A DNA stretch of 64,000 nt from a virus (lineage: Duplodnaviria; Caudoviricetes). A model generated the notes under the pieces. The model was not told the DNA's origin. It saw nothing but the letters and a program-made list of their open reading frames with translations, and ran no database searches. Position numbers and translations under genes: made by a program. This document shows positions 41,321-55,557 of the stretch, piece after piece; the first letter of the stretch is position 1, and each line of letters begins with the position of its first letter. Location of the stretch: the IMG/VR virus record IMGVR_UViG_3300035520_001075, positions 1 through 64,000 of that record; one strand, written 5' to 3'.

Positions 41321-44104
41321 ATGATGAGACAGATAAAGGATTTTGTTGGCTTTAGATTTGGTAATGTCCATTCAAGTGAACTTAATTTATTAGTAGTATC
41401 TTCCAGTGATAGATATGAAAAGAATTTACTTCCAGACCCAACAGATTATACAACTGAAATCCCAGGTTCAGATGGAACTTATTACTTTGGACAAACCTAC
41501 AAAGACAGAACTTTTACTGTTAATGTTGCTTTTGATAGAGTAAGTGAACCAATCTTTAGAAAAATTTCTTAGTTATTTGCTAATGATAAACTTCAAGATT
41601 TAGTCTTCGATGAAATGCCTTTTAAAACTTACAAAGCAAAAATTAAATCTAATCCAGACTTTAAATTCATTTGTTTTACAGATAGAGATACTGGAGAACG
41701 AGTTTATAAAGGAGAAGGAACTTTAGTATTTATTTGCTATTTTCCTTATGCTTTTGGTTTTAATAAGTACGTTGTAAGAGCGGCAGACTTCTATAAGTGT
41801 GCTCAGCCGAAAGACATTATTATTAACAAACTTGAAGATAATCCATATAGAAAAAAGAAAAAGCCAAAGTTTTGGCCTGCTATTATAAAAGACCATTATA
41901 ATGTTGAATATAATATGAGAACTCCTTGGAAGGGCGGCTACCCTACAATAGAACAAGTTCAATGGGGAGAACTTTATTTTAAAGGCCCAGAAGATTCTGA
42001 GAAAAAAATGATTATTGATGTGCGTAATTATTGGAAGAATATCCCAGAATGGCAGGGAACAGCAAAGTTATTAACAACTCCTACTCTTGATTATGACCAA
42101 GAATTGATTTTTGCACCGCAGTTTTCAAAGTGCAAGTTTATTAATATGGACACTGGTTATTATACTGAAAATGATATGATGGGTAGTAGAATTTTAGTTT
42201 ATAATCCAGGTGATTTACCAATTGAATTTGAATTAAAAATGGAAGAGAATAAAAGAACTTTCTGGTCTTCAAGAATGGGCAATGGTTTTAGAATTAGTCG
42301 CTTTAATGTTGAAAGATTATCTATTGAACAAGCAGTAGATTGGACTGGATTAACAACATTAGAACAAGTAGATGATAAACCTTATAAATATGGTAATAGA
42401 TATTTTAAGTTAGACGATAGCGAACCAGATGATACAGAGCTTTTAAAAAATATTGATGAGTATACTAATAAGAATTGGTTGGAAGAAGACATTCTTATGG
42501 AAGAAGGAGATACTCATAATTATGGCTATTATGATAGAGAAGGTAATGAAGTTATTACAGACGTGATAGTAGATGGAAAAGAGGGTAATACTGCTTACAC
42601 AACTCCTAATGGGGCGGCCGCTAAAGAAATTGCATATAATTTACATTTAAAAGAATATCAAGATTCATTATATAATTTTATTGACGAAAAAACCGAATAT
42701 CGTTTATTAAAAGCAGCCCACCCTCATCACACTTATATTGCTGAGCCAATTCCTCGCCAAAAGCTTGGACACTATATCAAATTATTCTATTGGCAGTCAG
42801 AACAGCAGTTTAAAGATAACTCAAAAAAATTAGCAAACCTTTATCCACAGTTAAAGTTTGAAGATGGAATTAAGATTGCAAATAGATATGATGAGTTAAG
42901 AAGTCTTTGTATAAATGAAGATGAAGAATATGAGTTATATTGGGAAACTTTGAAAATGGCCATTCTTGATAAATACAAGGATTGTAATGTTTTTTCTGAG
43001 AAAACTTCTACATATTATGATTCAACTTATACTTATGAAGATTTTGTAGAGAGCTTCTTATATCACCCAATGGAATTTATTACAGTCGATACAGATAAGG
43101 AACTTGATTATGGTCAAGATACTTTAAATATCTATAATTATCCTCAATGGATTACAGAAGATTACTTAGAAATCGACCCATCAGCACTTGCTTATGATGA
43201 GGATTATAGAACTTATAATAAAACCGAAAATATGCCAGATGCACTTTTCCTTGACACAGAAGAAAGAATTCTTTTTGAGAATCAAAATCCAGATGACTTT
43301 TATAAATATAAACCTACTAAAATACTTTACAATGATTCTATTAAAAAAGGAAAATGGTTTAAGTTGCCGCCAGGTTGGAGCTTAATAGCAATTGAACCTA
43401 TTTCTGATGAGGAATATTGGGGTGGAAAACGTTGGTTAGATGCAAGACCTTTTGATTGGGGCTATGGCGGTGATGAGAATCGGAATCCACGAGAAGTTCA
43501 ACAGTTATTTGATGGCGTATATGATTATTGTGTTAATAAATTTCTCAAAAACTCAGAAGATGAGGGAACTTATTATAAAGAAGAAGCTTTTAGTCGAGAT
43601 AACGTAAATACATGGTTGGCAAAAGGCTATAATAATGGACTTTTTGATTTAAACGGTGGAAAGAATTCTCCAGCAGAAAAATCGTATATTAATAATGATA
43701 ATCAGCCAGTGTTAGACATAAATACACTTGATGATGAAGATAGAATGAAGATTAGGAATTGGTTCTTCTATTATAAGGAACAAGCGAAGTCAAAAAATGA
43801 TACGTTTGCTTATCAGCTCTATTGTAAAAGAGAAACACAAGCAGAATACTCTTTCTTAAAATTATTATATCGAGTTTGGAATAAAATTTCCCCTTACTAT
43901 TCTTGGACTGCAGGAAAAGGCGTTTTTGAAGATGGAGAAGATTTGGACGATAGCGGCCGCCCTAAGAGATGTATCAATGCTCATATCTCAGATTGGTGGT
44001 ATTATGCTTGCAACTATATGTGGGCAAATTTCCCTCCTTTGTATTGGGGACTTGCAGATTTATTAAACGGATTACAAATTAAATATGTTCCACTATTTTA
44101 TTAA
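41321..44104 (+). CDS. distal tail (Dit)-like baseplate protein with large insertions, ~927 aa
   Basis: Follows the tape measure gene; GFRFGNVHSSELNL...EIPGSDG..YFG N-terminus; single TAG at 41570 joins track ORFs 41321 and 41615. Confidence 0.72.
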
Positions 44105-44115
44105 GAGGTGAGAAA

Positions 44116-47100
44116 ATGAGTGTAGTAAAAAAGGAATATGAGTTAAGCGTTTGGAGCGAAACACTTAATGAAAATGGTATTAAAGAAGAACGCCGCGGCC
44201 CAATTATTGGAGCACACGACATGACTTTTTTAGGAAAGGCAACTTCCGTTAAATTAAAAAGAGAGATTAAAGGAACAAACACTCTTACTTTTCAAATGCC
44301 TTCAAAATATTTTGATTCTAAAATTGGAGAATATGTGCACAATGAATTTTGTGATATAATTTTTAATGAGACTAAGATTAAGTTGTATTATATGGACACT
44401 TGGTTTGAATTTTTTGTAAAGAAAATAACTGAAACTAAGCAATTCAAAGCAATTATGTACGAATATTCTTGTGAAGATAGCTTTATTGATGAATTATCGA
44501 GAACAGGCTATGAAATAGAATTTTCTCAGGATTTAAATAACAGCGTTGAAGAAGCAGGCACTTTTACAGAAGATATTTTAGAAGATAGTATTTGGGATTA
44601 TACACCACAATATAATAGTGGAGATTTTACAGAATATACAGAATAGAGATTTTATAAAATACCATTGTCGTAGTTTGGCGGCAGTATTATTGGTTATCCA
44701 ATTAATTTAGAAATTACTACAGATATGTTGTTAGACTCAAAAGGAAAGCCAAAAACTTATTTGACCAATTACTTAAAAGAAAAAGGCTTAGTTTGGGACA
44801 ATATGTCAGATGCAGAAAAAGAAACTGTATTAAATGATTTATTAACAATTCATAATATTTTTACTAATGAAGATAGATTGCTCCAGTTAGGAGATGACTT
44901 AGCAAGAGAAAGAGAAATTTTCTGGGACGCTTATTATGCTGATAACGGAGTTAGTCTTATAGATGAAAGTAGAAAGGTTGCTCTTAGCGGCGATTATATA
45001 TATGTTCCTTTGGCTGACCTTTCTACTATATCTGGTAGTATTTATGAAGATGCTTATAGTGCAGTAGAAGAACTTGCAAAATATGGAAAATATGGAGATA
45101 CAGATAGAGGCTATGCTTTACAGCCTTCCTCTGACAATCCAAAAGATTTTGTTTAGTTTATTTTTCTCCAAGATGGAGACGAGTATCATATTGATGAGGC
45201 TAATGTTTTAGCAGACAATGATTATCACTATGTAATCCCGATTGAAGATTGGAACGATTTATTAAAGGCTCAACTTCCATCAAAAGGCGGCCTTATTTAC
45301 TGGACACAATCAAAGCCAACGACTTCTTCTGGTGAAGAGGCGGTCAAATTAACTACAAAATATACGGTTGAAGAAGTTGAAGGAGAGAATATTGGTTATA
45401 CTACAGATGCAAGACCAGAATCTTCAACGATTGATGACTTTATTTGGTATCCAGTTTATTATGAGGGCTTCTTAGAATCTATTAATGATACTGAGGTCTC
45501 AGAGGCAAGAAAAATATCAATTACTGATAGAACGGAATATAATAAAGAGGCAGACAGTTATATTACTGTTTATAATAATAAATCAAGTGATTATAGGAAA
45601 TTATATACAGAAGAAGAATTAACAGAACAAATTTCTGATAATACGAATGAGTTTAGGGTTTGCTCAAAGTTAGATACAAGACAAATTCTTCCAACTTTAG
45701 CAAGAAACATTGTTGATAATGGAACAAGCATTACTGAAACTACTGGTTGGGAGGCAAAAACACAGAATAGAAATAGCGATACTACAACTGGAACAGGCTC
45801 TTACTATTCATTACTTGAAGTTAATTTAAAGAGTACCTTGCAAACTAATGCAAGTGAAAGTAGTACAACAGTTGAGGATTTAGATGAATTAGAAGGCACT
45901 ATAAATGATGAAAGTGTTAGTGATTATTATCTTGAAATTCTTAGCCCTTGTATTAATAAATGCGAAGATTTTTCTTTAGAAGGACAAGTTGAAAAAGATT
46001 ATGTTTTGAATTTCGGTTTCGTAAGCCAAGAGACTTCCATTGAAAAAGGCAAAGTCTATGCTATGAGAATGAGAACTGGAAGCACTGAAACAACTGGAGT
46101 AAAGATTACTTCAAGAGCAGGAAATGGTTCATCAAGTTATTCAACAAATCTTGATACTATTATTAATGATTATGAAACTGCCTATGACGATTATTATACA
46201 ATAATAACTGCTTTTTCAAAGTCAACGGCGGCCGAAGCAAAAACATATATGGGTAGTGTTTATAAGGATGATATGGAGGATTCTATTAATGCCTTTTATG
46301 ATTTAATTACAAAATGGCCGAAGGATAGCGATACTCAAAAGACAAATAAGATAAATTTAGTAGATTCTATTTTAAAAGCTATCTTATTTGGCGGCACAGC
46401 AAAGATGTGGGTAAATAGCACTTCTACAAGCAGTGGGAGCACTCTTGCTACAACTTCAATAAGCCTAAAGGGCTTAATTCCAGCATATGATTCAAGCAAA
46501 ACGAACGTTTATCAAAAATTATCAAACATTGCTGTTAAACCAACGACATCTTCTGACGGAACAATATCTTATACAAAATCAGATACTAACTATCTAAAAT
46601 ATTATTTATATACCCATCTATCTTCAGCGGCATCAGCTTCTGTTAGTGCTTATTCTCTTTCATCAGTATCTCAATTAACTAAAACTATAGTAAAGCAATG
46701 GAAAACAACTTATATTGCTTATAATAAAGAATTAGTTAAGCGTTTGAATGAGGACTTAGATAAGCTTGTTATTGGAGAAGGTTCAATTGATTTACAAGGA
46801 AATTATAGCGTAGATGGTACTGAAAGCAGTGGTAGTGATACTATAAACAAAGGGAGTGGACAGTATATTTCATTTAAGGACATTTTTAATGAAGCTTATT
46901 ACTATGTTCCTTCAAAAGATTCTGATACTTCAAAATCCTTTATTGAGCCTATGTATCATAATAAATCAAATGGTAAATGGACTTGGAGTACAAAAGCAGG
47001 AGCAACTTCTGTAGAAGATGAAGCATTTTTCTTATTTAAAGCAAATCAAAACATTGCTAATCCATATATCGGAATTAAAGTTGAGTCTGGCCCGCTTAAA

Positions 47101-47508
47101 ATAGTTTTTGACTCAATTACTCAGAATACCTATTCATCTACAATTACAGATGGTATTCAAATTAATACTGCAACAAGTATAACAACAACAGCAGTAGAAC
47201 CTAAATATTGCGACGGAGATTCGATTAAATTAGTTCCTATTACGTCATATACTACTTCAGAAACTTTTAGAAATGCAATTCACTATGATTACACTACAGA
47301 AACTTTCACAAGTATTCCAACAAGTTTTTCATGGAATGATGATTATCTTTTAAGCTCTTCTGGAGCGTGGACAGGGACGACTTCTACAACTTCTCCATTG
47401 GTTGATGGAACTTTTCTTAAGAATACAACTAATTCTGGTAGCATTGCCTATTTAGTTTTTGTAAATGGAGAATGTCAAGGAATTATTTACTTAGAAGGAA
47501 CAGAATAA
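44116..47508 (+). CDS. tail spike/Tal-like baseplate protein, N-terminal part, ~1130 aa
   Basis: LKREIKGTNTLTFQMP N-terminus typical of Tal-like proteins; track ORFs 44116, 44725 and 45838 share a frame with only TAG between them. Confidence 0.68.
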
Positions 47509-47522
47509 GGAGGTGAGATTAA

Positions 47523-50500
47523 ATGAGTATTATTCTTGTTGAATAGTCAAATATTGGTAGTTATACTACTACCACGACAACTCCACCAATTAGAATAAAT
47601 AAGAACAATGGTAAAATAACAAGTGTCCAATATTTATCATATAATCGTAATGTTGCAGGAGACGTAAAAACATTAACAGTTAGTAGTGATAGTTCTTGGT
47701 GTGCCTTTTTTATACAAAGTGGAGCTAAATATACTTCTGGTAATGTTCCAACAGTTTTTAATCAAAGTAATTTATGGCCGTTAGTACAAGCATCAGCTAA
47801 TTCTAATTTAGTATATTTAAATTCACATGAAAATAATAAAGCTTTGGCAATAACTCCATCTCCTACTGCGGCCGAGGCATTATCAAAATTTGTTTGGACT
47901 TTTAGAAGCTGCATTACTCCTTTTATAAATAACCGATTCTTTTTAAACAGACCATCTCAATATACGATATGGGGCGTTGTTTGTCTTTTTGGAGTTCCTT
48001 TTCTTTTTGCAGCCGATAGTTTTAGTGATTTAATTAGAGAAGATAAATTTACAATAAATAATACTACTGTTGATACTACTTCCTCATCTTATAGTAATTT
48101 ATGGAACTTAGAATTGTCAACAGGTTTCTATACAGGTTCAGGTTATCAAGTATATAATTCTTCTACTAAAACAAGAAGTTTTACAAATAAAACGACCTAT
48201 TATATAGGAACAAAAGAATCTTCTGATTCTACTGGCACTTATTTATCTTGCAGTGCAATAACTCAAACGATATCTACAATTTCAAGCGGCGGCTGGACTA
48301 AATTTTATTTATTAAAGCGAGCAACAGGAAAAACCAGCGGTGCATATTATCAAGAAGTTGATAAATTTGGTAGTTTAAAAAATAGTTCAACAAACACAGA
48401 AACAGGGGCAACAACATCTACGCCAACAACCACTCAAAATACAGTTGTGCTATCTGACCCTTATAGTAAGGCGGCAAATGTTTCCAGTAGTTATATATCT
48501 AATTTTTCTAATTATAAAATCCATTTTATTCCTTGCAATAATAAAAGTGCAAAAGTTAGTGGTTTAAGAATTGATTTTCTTAATGTTTCTGGAACAACCA
48601 GCGAAATTTTATACCCTTATGTAAAGACAGAAACGACTATTGTTGATGAAGAGGAAATGTTTGGTCAAATAGATAAAGCAATTTCAAGTTCAATATCAAA
48701 TTTAAAAAATCAAAAAGATAGTAGAACATACTTAAATTATATTCTAAAAATTGAATCAAAAAGCGGCAATAAATCATTAACGCTTTCAGATTATTTTAAA
48801 GATGATTCTAATGTGGGAAAATATAATTTTAATTACTATGGAATTAATGGAACAACATATTCTACTTTAAAATCTGGAATTACTTTTTCTCAATTCCTTT
48901 CTGATAATCAAATTAAAATTAGAAATTTAACATAGAGAGATTATAGTGCATCTTTATCATTGGAGCAAGAAAGAAAATCTTTAAATCTCTATAGCTTGGA
49001 AATTTTTGAAGCTTATACAAGAGGACATGATTTTATTCAGGAAAATTATACCACTGTTCGTGCAGAAGAAATGAATCCGAATGATTCATCAGAAACTTCA
49101 AAAATAATGAGTTTTGATGATAACTACTTTACTTATAAATATACTGGAAGAGATATTGATATTTTCTGCGGCAATGGTAATGTTCAGAACTTTAAAAAGC
49201 AATTACCAAATGGTACATCAATAACTGACCCAGTTTATTGTGCACTGATTCATAGCTCTGATTTATTATTAGAATCAGACGTGACCCTAGGAGAAAGCTA
49301 TGGAATTAGAAACTATTTTATTGAGGCTTTAAAATACCCTAAATGGGAAGACGATACCGCAGATATTAAAACGATTAAATTGGATTCAAATAGCAAGCCA
49401 CAATATCTATATAAAGATAGCTTTAAAATAACAGATTATATTTCTGATGAAGGTCTTGACGGCACTTTGTACACTGACGATGATATAACCGTTTTAACTT
49501 CTAAGATTGATTTAACACAATGTGAATATTATCAGCCTGAAAAAGCAAACTATAGTAATAGATGGTGTGATTGCTCTTATAAGACTGGCGGCGAAGAAGT
49601 TTCCACAGAATGTATTTATTAGAAGAGCGGCTATTGTCCTTATCGTTTTGAAACTGAAAAGCATCCAAGACGAATTAGAACATTAGCACAATCAAAATCT
49701 AATCGCTTTAATTTAATTCAAGAGCTTTGTAAAGTTTTTGAATTCTATCCTTATTTCTATATTGAACACGAAAAGAATGGTAAAATTAAGTTAGATGAAA
49801 ACGGCAATATGAAAAAGCACGTTTTCTATATGACTGAGAAAGGTAGTGAGAAATATTCTGGTTTTAGATATGAGAAAAATTTATCAAGTATTACAAGGAC
49901 AACAGACTCATCTTCAATAACAACAAAATTATATGTTGAAAGTAATGATTCTTCTACTTCTTCAACAGGCTTGTGTTCAATACAAACTGCAGAAGATAAT
50001 CTTGGAAAGACATCTTACATATTAGACTTCTCTTATTATACTGAAAAAGGAATGTTGAATGCAGAACAAACTCAAAGAGATATCTATGGAATTGAATCTG
50101 GCGACTTTGCTTTCTTACCAAGAATCGGGGCATATAATGATTAGTATGATGATTATTCTAATTTAATTATTACTATGACTGGCGAAGAGCTAACTGATAT
50201 GGAAGCACAAATTGAAGTTTCTGTAGCTGGAATTACAAGTGCTTTGGAAGAACGACAGAAAGTTGCTCAGACAATGTATCAGTATAAAGTTCAAGCACAG
50301 CAGACGGCCGCCGCAAGTTCATTAACAGATTTATCTTCTTATACAACCTCAGATACTTATAAAAATTATGTAATAAAATATCGAGAACAAGCAACAATAC
50401 TTTGGGGATTAATTGAGACCTTATTTTTCTCTAATAACTACTTTTCATATCCTGTTAAGTTCTATGATAACAAAGGTAAAACAAGTTATAAGTTCTATAC

Positions 50501-53153
50501 TTTTGATTATGATTCTTGCCAAATGATTTCTACTAATGTTGGAAGTAGTAATAGATTAACATGGGTTGCTCATGAACTTAAAACTTATAAGAGTAAGTAT
50601 TGTAAGGGAGAAATGTTCTGGAGATTAGTTTTAGAAGGGTTTGATGATGGAACTGATAAAGAAGATAGCGATACAGATTTACAATTTGCAAATTGGCAAG
50701 ACTTTAAAGAAAAAATAGTTGATACTAAACTTTATGAAGTAAATGGAACAATGGGTAAATATAAAAGTCTTTATAATGAAGTTCAATATTGGAAAAGAGA
50801 ACGAGCAAAAATATTGAATAAAATTAATGACTTAAGCGAGCAATTCTATAAAAAGTACGAGCCTTATATTAAAGAAGGAACATTTAGTGATAGCAACTAT
50901 TTAACTGATAATGAATACTATTGGGCAGGAGTACAAGTTCTCGATGATTCTTGTAAACCGCAAGTTAGCTATAATATTTCTGTAATTGATATAAGTCCTT
51001 TAGAAGAGTATGCCGACGATTATACTTTTGAATTAGCAGATACGACTTATATAGAAGATATAGACTTCTTTGGAATTAATTCTAAAACAGGATTACCAAA
51101 TAGAGAAAAAGTTTTAATTAGTGCTATTGATTACGATTTAGACCAACCAAAAAATAATTCAATTACTGTACAAAATTATACCTCTCAATTTGAAGATTTA
51201 TTCTCATCAATCACAGCATCAGTACAATCTTTAAGTTTCAACGAGAATATTTATAAGAGGGCTTCTAATTTTACAGCGAAACAATATATTGAAACAGATA
51301 GTCTACAAGATACTTTAGATATAGGAGATTTAACTCTTTTAGATACAGCTAAAGATAATATTGTGCTTGATGAAAACGGTGCGGAAGGTAATAACATTAA
51401 TAATTCTTCAAGTCAGTATAAATTATCTGGAGAAGGACTTTACTTCTCAACGGACGGCGGCACAACATGGGATTACGGTGTTGGGCCAGGTGGCATTAAT
51501 TTAGATTATGCTAAATTTGGTTCTTTAGATTCTTCTAAAATTCAAATTATGGATAGTGATTATATCTATTTTCTTTGGGATAAAGATGGAATTAATGCTT
51601 ATCGAGACCCGTCAACAAGTACAGAAGGATTAGTTGATTTTGCAAGATTTAATCGCTATGGATTAAGCTTAATTGAGAATAATAATATTCGCTTAAGAGC
51701 AGGTTATGAATATAGGTCTAATGCTACAGGAAATAATATTACTGGGGCTTATGATAAAGAATTAGATTTATCAGACCAAAATATTGGTTTTTATCTTTAT
51801 AACGATAGCGGCCAGCCTATTTTTAAAACAGAAACACGCTCTTCATATGCAGATAGTGAAGATACAGATTATACTGCAAGATTATCTTTAACTGGAGAAA
51901 TTTTCGTGACGAATAAAGTTTTAGATAGTGCAGATTTAAGTTCTTCAAGTGGTTCAACTGTTGCACAGTTAAGTTGCCAATATATACTGAATTATGAAAG
52001 TACTTATACATACTCAGAAGTGGACGAAACAAAAGCAATGAAATATATGTTGCAAAATGACTCTGATTATGTTTTAGTTGATGGAGGAGGAAATCTATAT
52101 TCACAAATAACAGTAAATAGTAGTTCTACAACAACTTATACTCTTTACTATAAATATAAATTTAATACTGTTGCTGAGGGAGAAGTAGATTATATATTCC
52201 TTTATAATTACAATGGCGTATTAATTACTGCTACTGATGAGACTAAAATTAGTGCTGAAAAAGTTTATGGTATTATTAATGGTACAGCCAGTGATGATTC
52301 AATTAATGTTTCGTATAGTTCTTCAAGTAGTAAGAAAAGAAACTATTGCGTTCAGAGCGGCGATAATTTAGGTAAAATGGCAGTGTCTACTACTGGAGAA
52401 AATTTAATTCTTAGTGGTATCTATGAATCGGCAACATTAGATATTACTAATAGCAATTTAACTCCAAAAACCATTACCTATTTAGCAAACGGAGTTTCTA
52501 CTTCAACAGAGTTATATGTCTACACAAGCGGCAATCAAACAACATACTGGAAAAATTTAACTTCTGACTATGGTCTTACATCTACTACTTCAAATAGCGA
52601 TTACTATGCCTCTGAAATTGGCATTTATATTAATAATAAAAAAGCCCTCCACGCAGGAGAAAGCGGCTATGAAGATAGAACAGATACAGGTGATTAGAAC
52701 ATTGCGTCAGACGCAGATGCTACAGAAAAAATGAATACGATTCTCGCTGGTGCAGAAAGAAGTTTCATGATTTCAACTGGCGGTGTTGTGGATAATGCTT
52801 TACAATGCAATAACGTATTATCAGTATTAAAGAACGGAGTACTGTATATGGGCGGAACAATTACAGATTACTATGGAAAGCCGCTGAACATTTCAAGTTT
52901 ATCCTATATGCCAGATGAAGTAAGAATTGCTAATCCTTCAATTGTAATGTCCAATACTGGACAAATGTGGTGTGATTGGAGTAGATTCTATAATACTTAT
53001 GTTGATGATGATGGAGTAAGACAATATACACTTTATTCACTAACAGACTTAGTTAATGAAATTAATAGCAATCTTAGTAATCTTAGTAGTGGAACTACTT
53101 CTGATTCAAGTAGTACTGTTGCAGGCTGGTATATTCCTGACCCAGCAGGCTAA
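47523..53153 (+). CDS. large tail protein containing Tal-like C-terminal motifs, ~1876 aa
   Basis: RBS GGAGGTG, ATG 47523; five track ORFs in one frame joined through TAG; motifs SNRFNLIQELCKVFE, YEKNLSSITRT..ITTKLYV, KPQVSYNISV. Confidence 0.7.
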
Positions 53154-53164
53154 TAAATTAAAAA

Positions 53165-53195
53165 ATAAAATGGGTACATATTGTGCCCATTTTTT
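53165..53195 (+). terminator. intrinsic terminator
   Basis: AAAATGGGTACA/TGTGCCCATTTT hairpin plus T-run. Confidence 0.7.
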
Positions 53196-53210
53196 ATAGA
53201 GGTGAATTTT

Positions 53211-54317
53211 ATGGCTTATTTTTATTATCCATTGGAGAATTATGTTCAAGGAAAATCTGGTGCTTATTATAATGGAGCAAAGACCTATGATGGGCACGGC
53301 ATTGGAAAATTAGATTTTCTCGCAAGTCGAGGAGACCCAGTATATAGCATGACAGATGGAACCGTGACGCACGCAGGAAAAGCGAATTCTGGCTATTAGG
53401 CAATTGTTATTGAAGCAACTGGCTATGCTGTATCTCCAATATATATTCATTACTGGCACACAGAGAATTATCAATTTGAAGTAGGATAGACAGTTAAACA
53501 GGGTGATTTAATAGCTTATGTTGGAGACGATGATGTCTCTGGACAACATTTGCACGTTGACTTTAGAAATGCAAGTATGCAGAAAGAGGAAAAAAACTTT
53601 ATAGGACCACAATTAAGTAGTTATACAGCTGAACAAAGCGAGGCTATTGAATTTTGGAAAGGGCAAGCAACATCTGCAAATGATTATCTTGGTTATTGCT
53701 GGGAAGTCTTTGCAACACCAGCACAAAAAATGTCTGGTGGCAATGGAGTTTTAAATATTAATAAAGATATTGATACTTATACTTATCTCCAACGAGCAGC
53801 AGATATATTGGGTAATGAATTTACAGATGCTAATATTATCGCTGGAATTTTAGGAAATTTTTGGCAAGAAAGCAAAGGAAATCCTTTTGCTTTGAGCCAG
53901 TCAGGCTATTATGGATTATATCAAACTAATGATAGTAATTTTATTCAAATAATGAGCAATAATGGCTTATTAAAATATTTTAATGGAACAGATACTCCTA
54001 AAGATGAACATAAGAAAAAATGCGTTGACTTAACAATGAATTATTTAATGAGCAATTGGAATGGCAGTTCTAACTATCCGAGTCAAGCAAAAAATGGTAA
54101 ATTGGTTTCTACAGAAAATATGACAGAGGCGGCCGCACAAGCAGAGCTTTTTGCAGTAATGATAGAGAGATGTGTCGGTGGCTCAGATAGCGTTCTATGT
54201 GCAAAGGTATAGGATTATATGAAGAAGTATTACAATGGAAAAATATATAGCTATCAAAATTTGAAGGAAAGAAGAGATGCTGCGGATTGCTTCATAAATG
54301 GAACAGCTCCAGCATAA
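53211..54317 (+). CDS. cell-wall hydrolase: M23 peptidase plus phage-tail-lysozyme-like domain, ~368 aa with 3 internal TAG
   Basis: GDPVYSMTDGTV, YWH, VG(TAG)TVKQGDLI and HLH (M23 signature); IAGILGNFWQES and GYYGLYQ (lysozyme-like). Confidence 0.82.
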
Positions 54318-54335
54318 TAAGGAGGTTGAATTTAA

Positions 54336-54713
54336 ATGCTATTAAAAAGAGATAAGGCTTTAGAGGTTCAAAAATTTTTTAACTTAATAAAAAATAAAAA
54401 ATTCAGCATTCATACTCAATATAAATTAATTAAAATAAAAAAAGCTTTAGAAGAAGAACAAAATATCTATCAAGAACAAATAAAACTTAACTGTTCTCAA
54501 TATTTTGAAACAGATGAGCAAGGTTCTCCAATAATCAATGAGCAAGGCGGCTATAAGATAAAAAGTAATAAAATGAATGAGTGCTATCTTGTTTTAGATG
54601 AAATAAATAAATGTGAAGTTCAACTTCCAGACATTTATTTCTCCTTAGAAGAATTAGAAGAATTAGACCTAACTTTCGAGGAACTTGAAGTTCTCAACCC
54701 ATTCATAAAATAA
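54336..54713 (+). CDS. hypothetical protein
   Basis: 125-aa ORF with RBS AAGGAGG. Confidence 0.75.
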   Translation: MLLKRDKALEVQKFFNLIKNKKFSIHTQYKLIKIKKALEEEQNIYQEQIKLNCSQYFETDEQGSPIINEQGGYKIKSNKMNECYLVLDEINKCEVQLPDIYFSLEELEELDLTFEELEVLNPFIK

Positions 54714-54739
54714 TTTGTTAATTCTAAATAAAATAAAAG

Positions 54740-54797
54740 AAATGACGTATCGAAGTCTTTGTTTAAAACAGAGAATTTTTTCGATACGTCATTTTTT
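54740..54797 (+). terminator. long hairpin or terminator ahead of the accessory operon
   Basis: AAATGACGTATCGAA/TTCGATACGTCATTT 15-bp stem with an inner TCTTTGTTT/AAACAGAGA stem, followed by Ts. Confidence 0.6.
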
Positions 54798-54860
54798 ATT
54801 TACTAAGTTTTCGCTTAATTTCCACTTTAAAAATGTAAGATGAAACGAGGTGATGAGAAA

Positions 54861-55292
54861 ATGGCTTATGCATATAATTCTAATAGCCAATTGCTGCAAA
54901 ATCAGAACAATCCTCAGCAAAATTATAATAATGCTCAAATGTTCCAACAGCAGCAAAATATTCAACCATTATTTCCTCAGCCGCAAGGTAATGTTTACAA
55001 TATTAATTCAACTCTTGAAGTTGCAAATGTTCCTGTTGGTGCTGGCATTTCAGTAGCTTTATGTTTAAATGAGGGAGTAATGTATATCAAATCAATGCAA
55101 AACGGCAATCCTCTATTTTGGGTTTATAAGATAGAGCCTTATAATGATTCTCCAAAAAATGAGGCGGCCGCACAAGAAGAAGCAACATCTCAATATCCTA
55201 ATTACGATGAACGCTTCTTGAAAATTGAAAAACAAATTGATGAAATTCAAACCAATCTTAAAAATCAAAAAGGAGGGGAATTTCAATTATGA
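54861..55292 (+). CDS. Gln/Asn-rich hypothetical protein
   Basis: RBS GAGGTG, ATG 54861. Confidence 0.75.
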   Translation: MAYAYNSNSQLLQNQNNPQQNYNNAQMFQQQQNIQPLFPQPQGNVYNINSTLEVANVPVGAGISVALCLNEGVMYIKSMQNGNPLFWVYKIEPYNDSPKNEAAAQEEATSQYPNYDERFLKIEKQIDEIQTNLKNQKGGEFQL

Positions 55293-55528
55293 TGAATATG
55301 AATCCAATGCAGTTAATTAGTTTGGTTAAAAACAGGAATCCAGAATAGTTTGTCAGGGAAATGGTTAAAAATAGTAATATCAACAATCCCATGATTAATG
55401 AGCTAATCGGATATGCAGAAAAAGGAGATTTAAATAATATTAATAAAATAGCTGAAAACTATTTCGGACAGCAAGGGTTAAATTTTGGTCAGGAATTTAA
55501 CTCTTTTATGTCTATGATAAATAAATGA
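55289..55528 (+). CDS. small hypothetical protein (MMNMNPMQ...), absent from the ORF track
   Basis: RBS AGGAGG, ATGA overlap with the previous stop, one in-frame TAG, ends TGA. Confidence 0.7.
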
Positions 55529-55557
55529 ATTAAAAAACATATTAGGAGGTTTTTTAT

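Noticed and set aside
24072-53153. Widespread pseudogenisation (decayed prophage)
   Set aside because: The breaks are almost exclusively in-frame TAG with no frameshifts, and the remaining breaks are explained by introns with intact pairing.
1050-54830. Candidate late-promoter motif (T/C)ACTTT near 1052, 23111 and 54823
   Set aside because: Too short and AT-rich, with no consistent upstream element; cannot be supported by eye.
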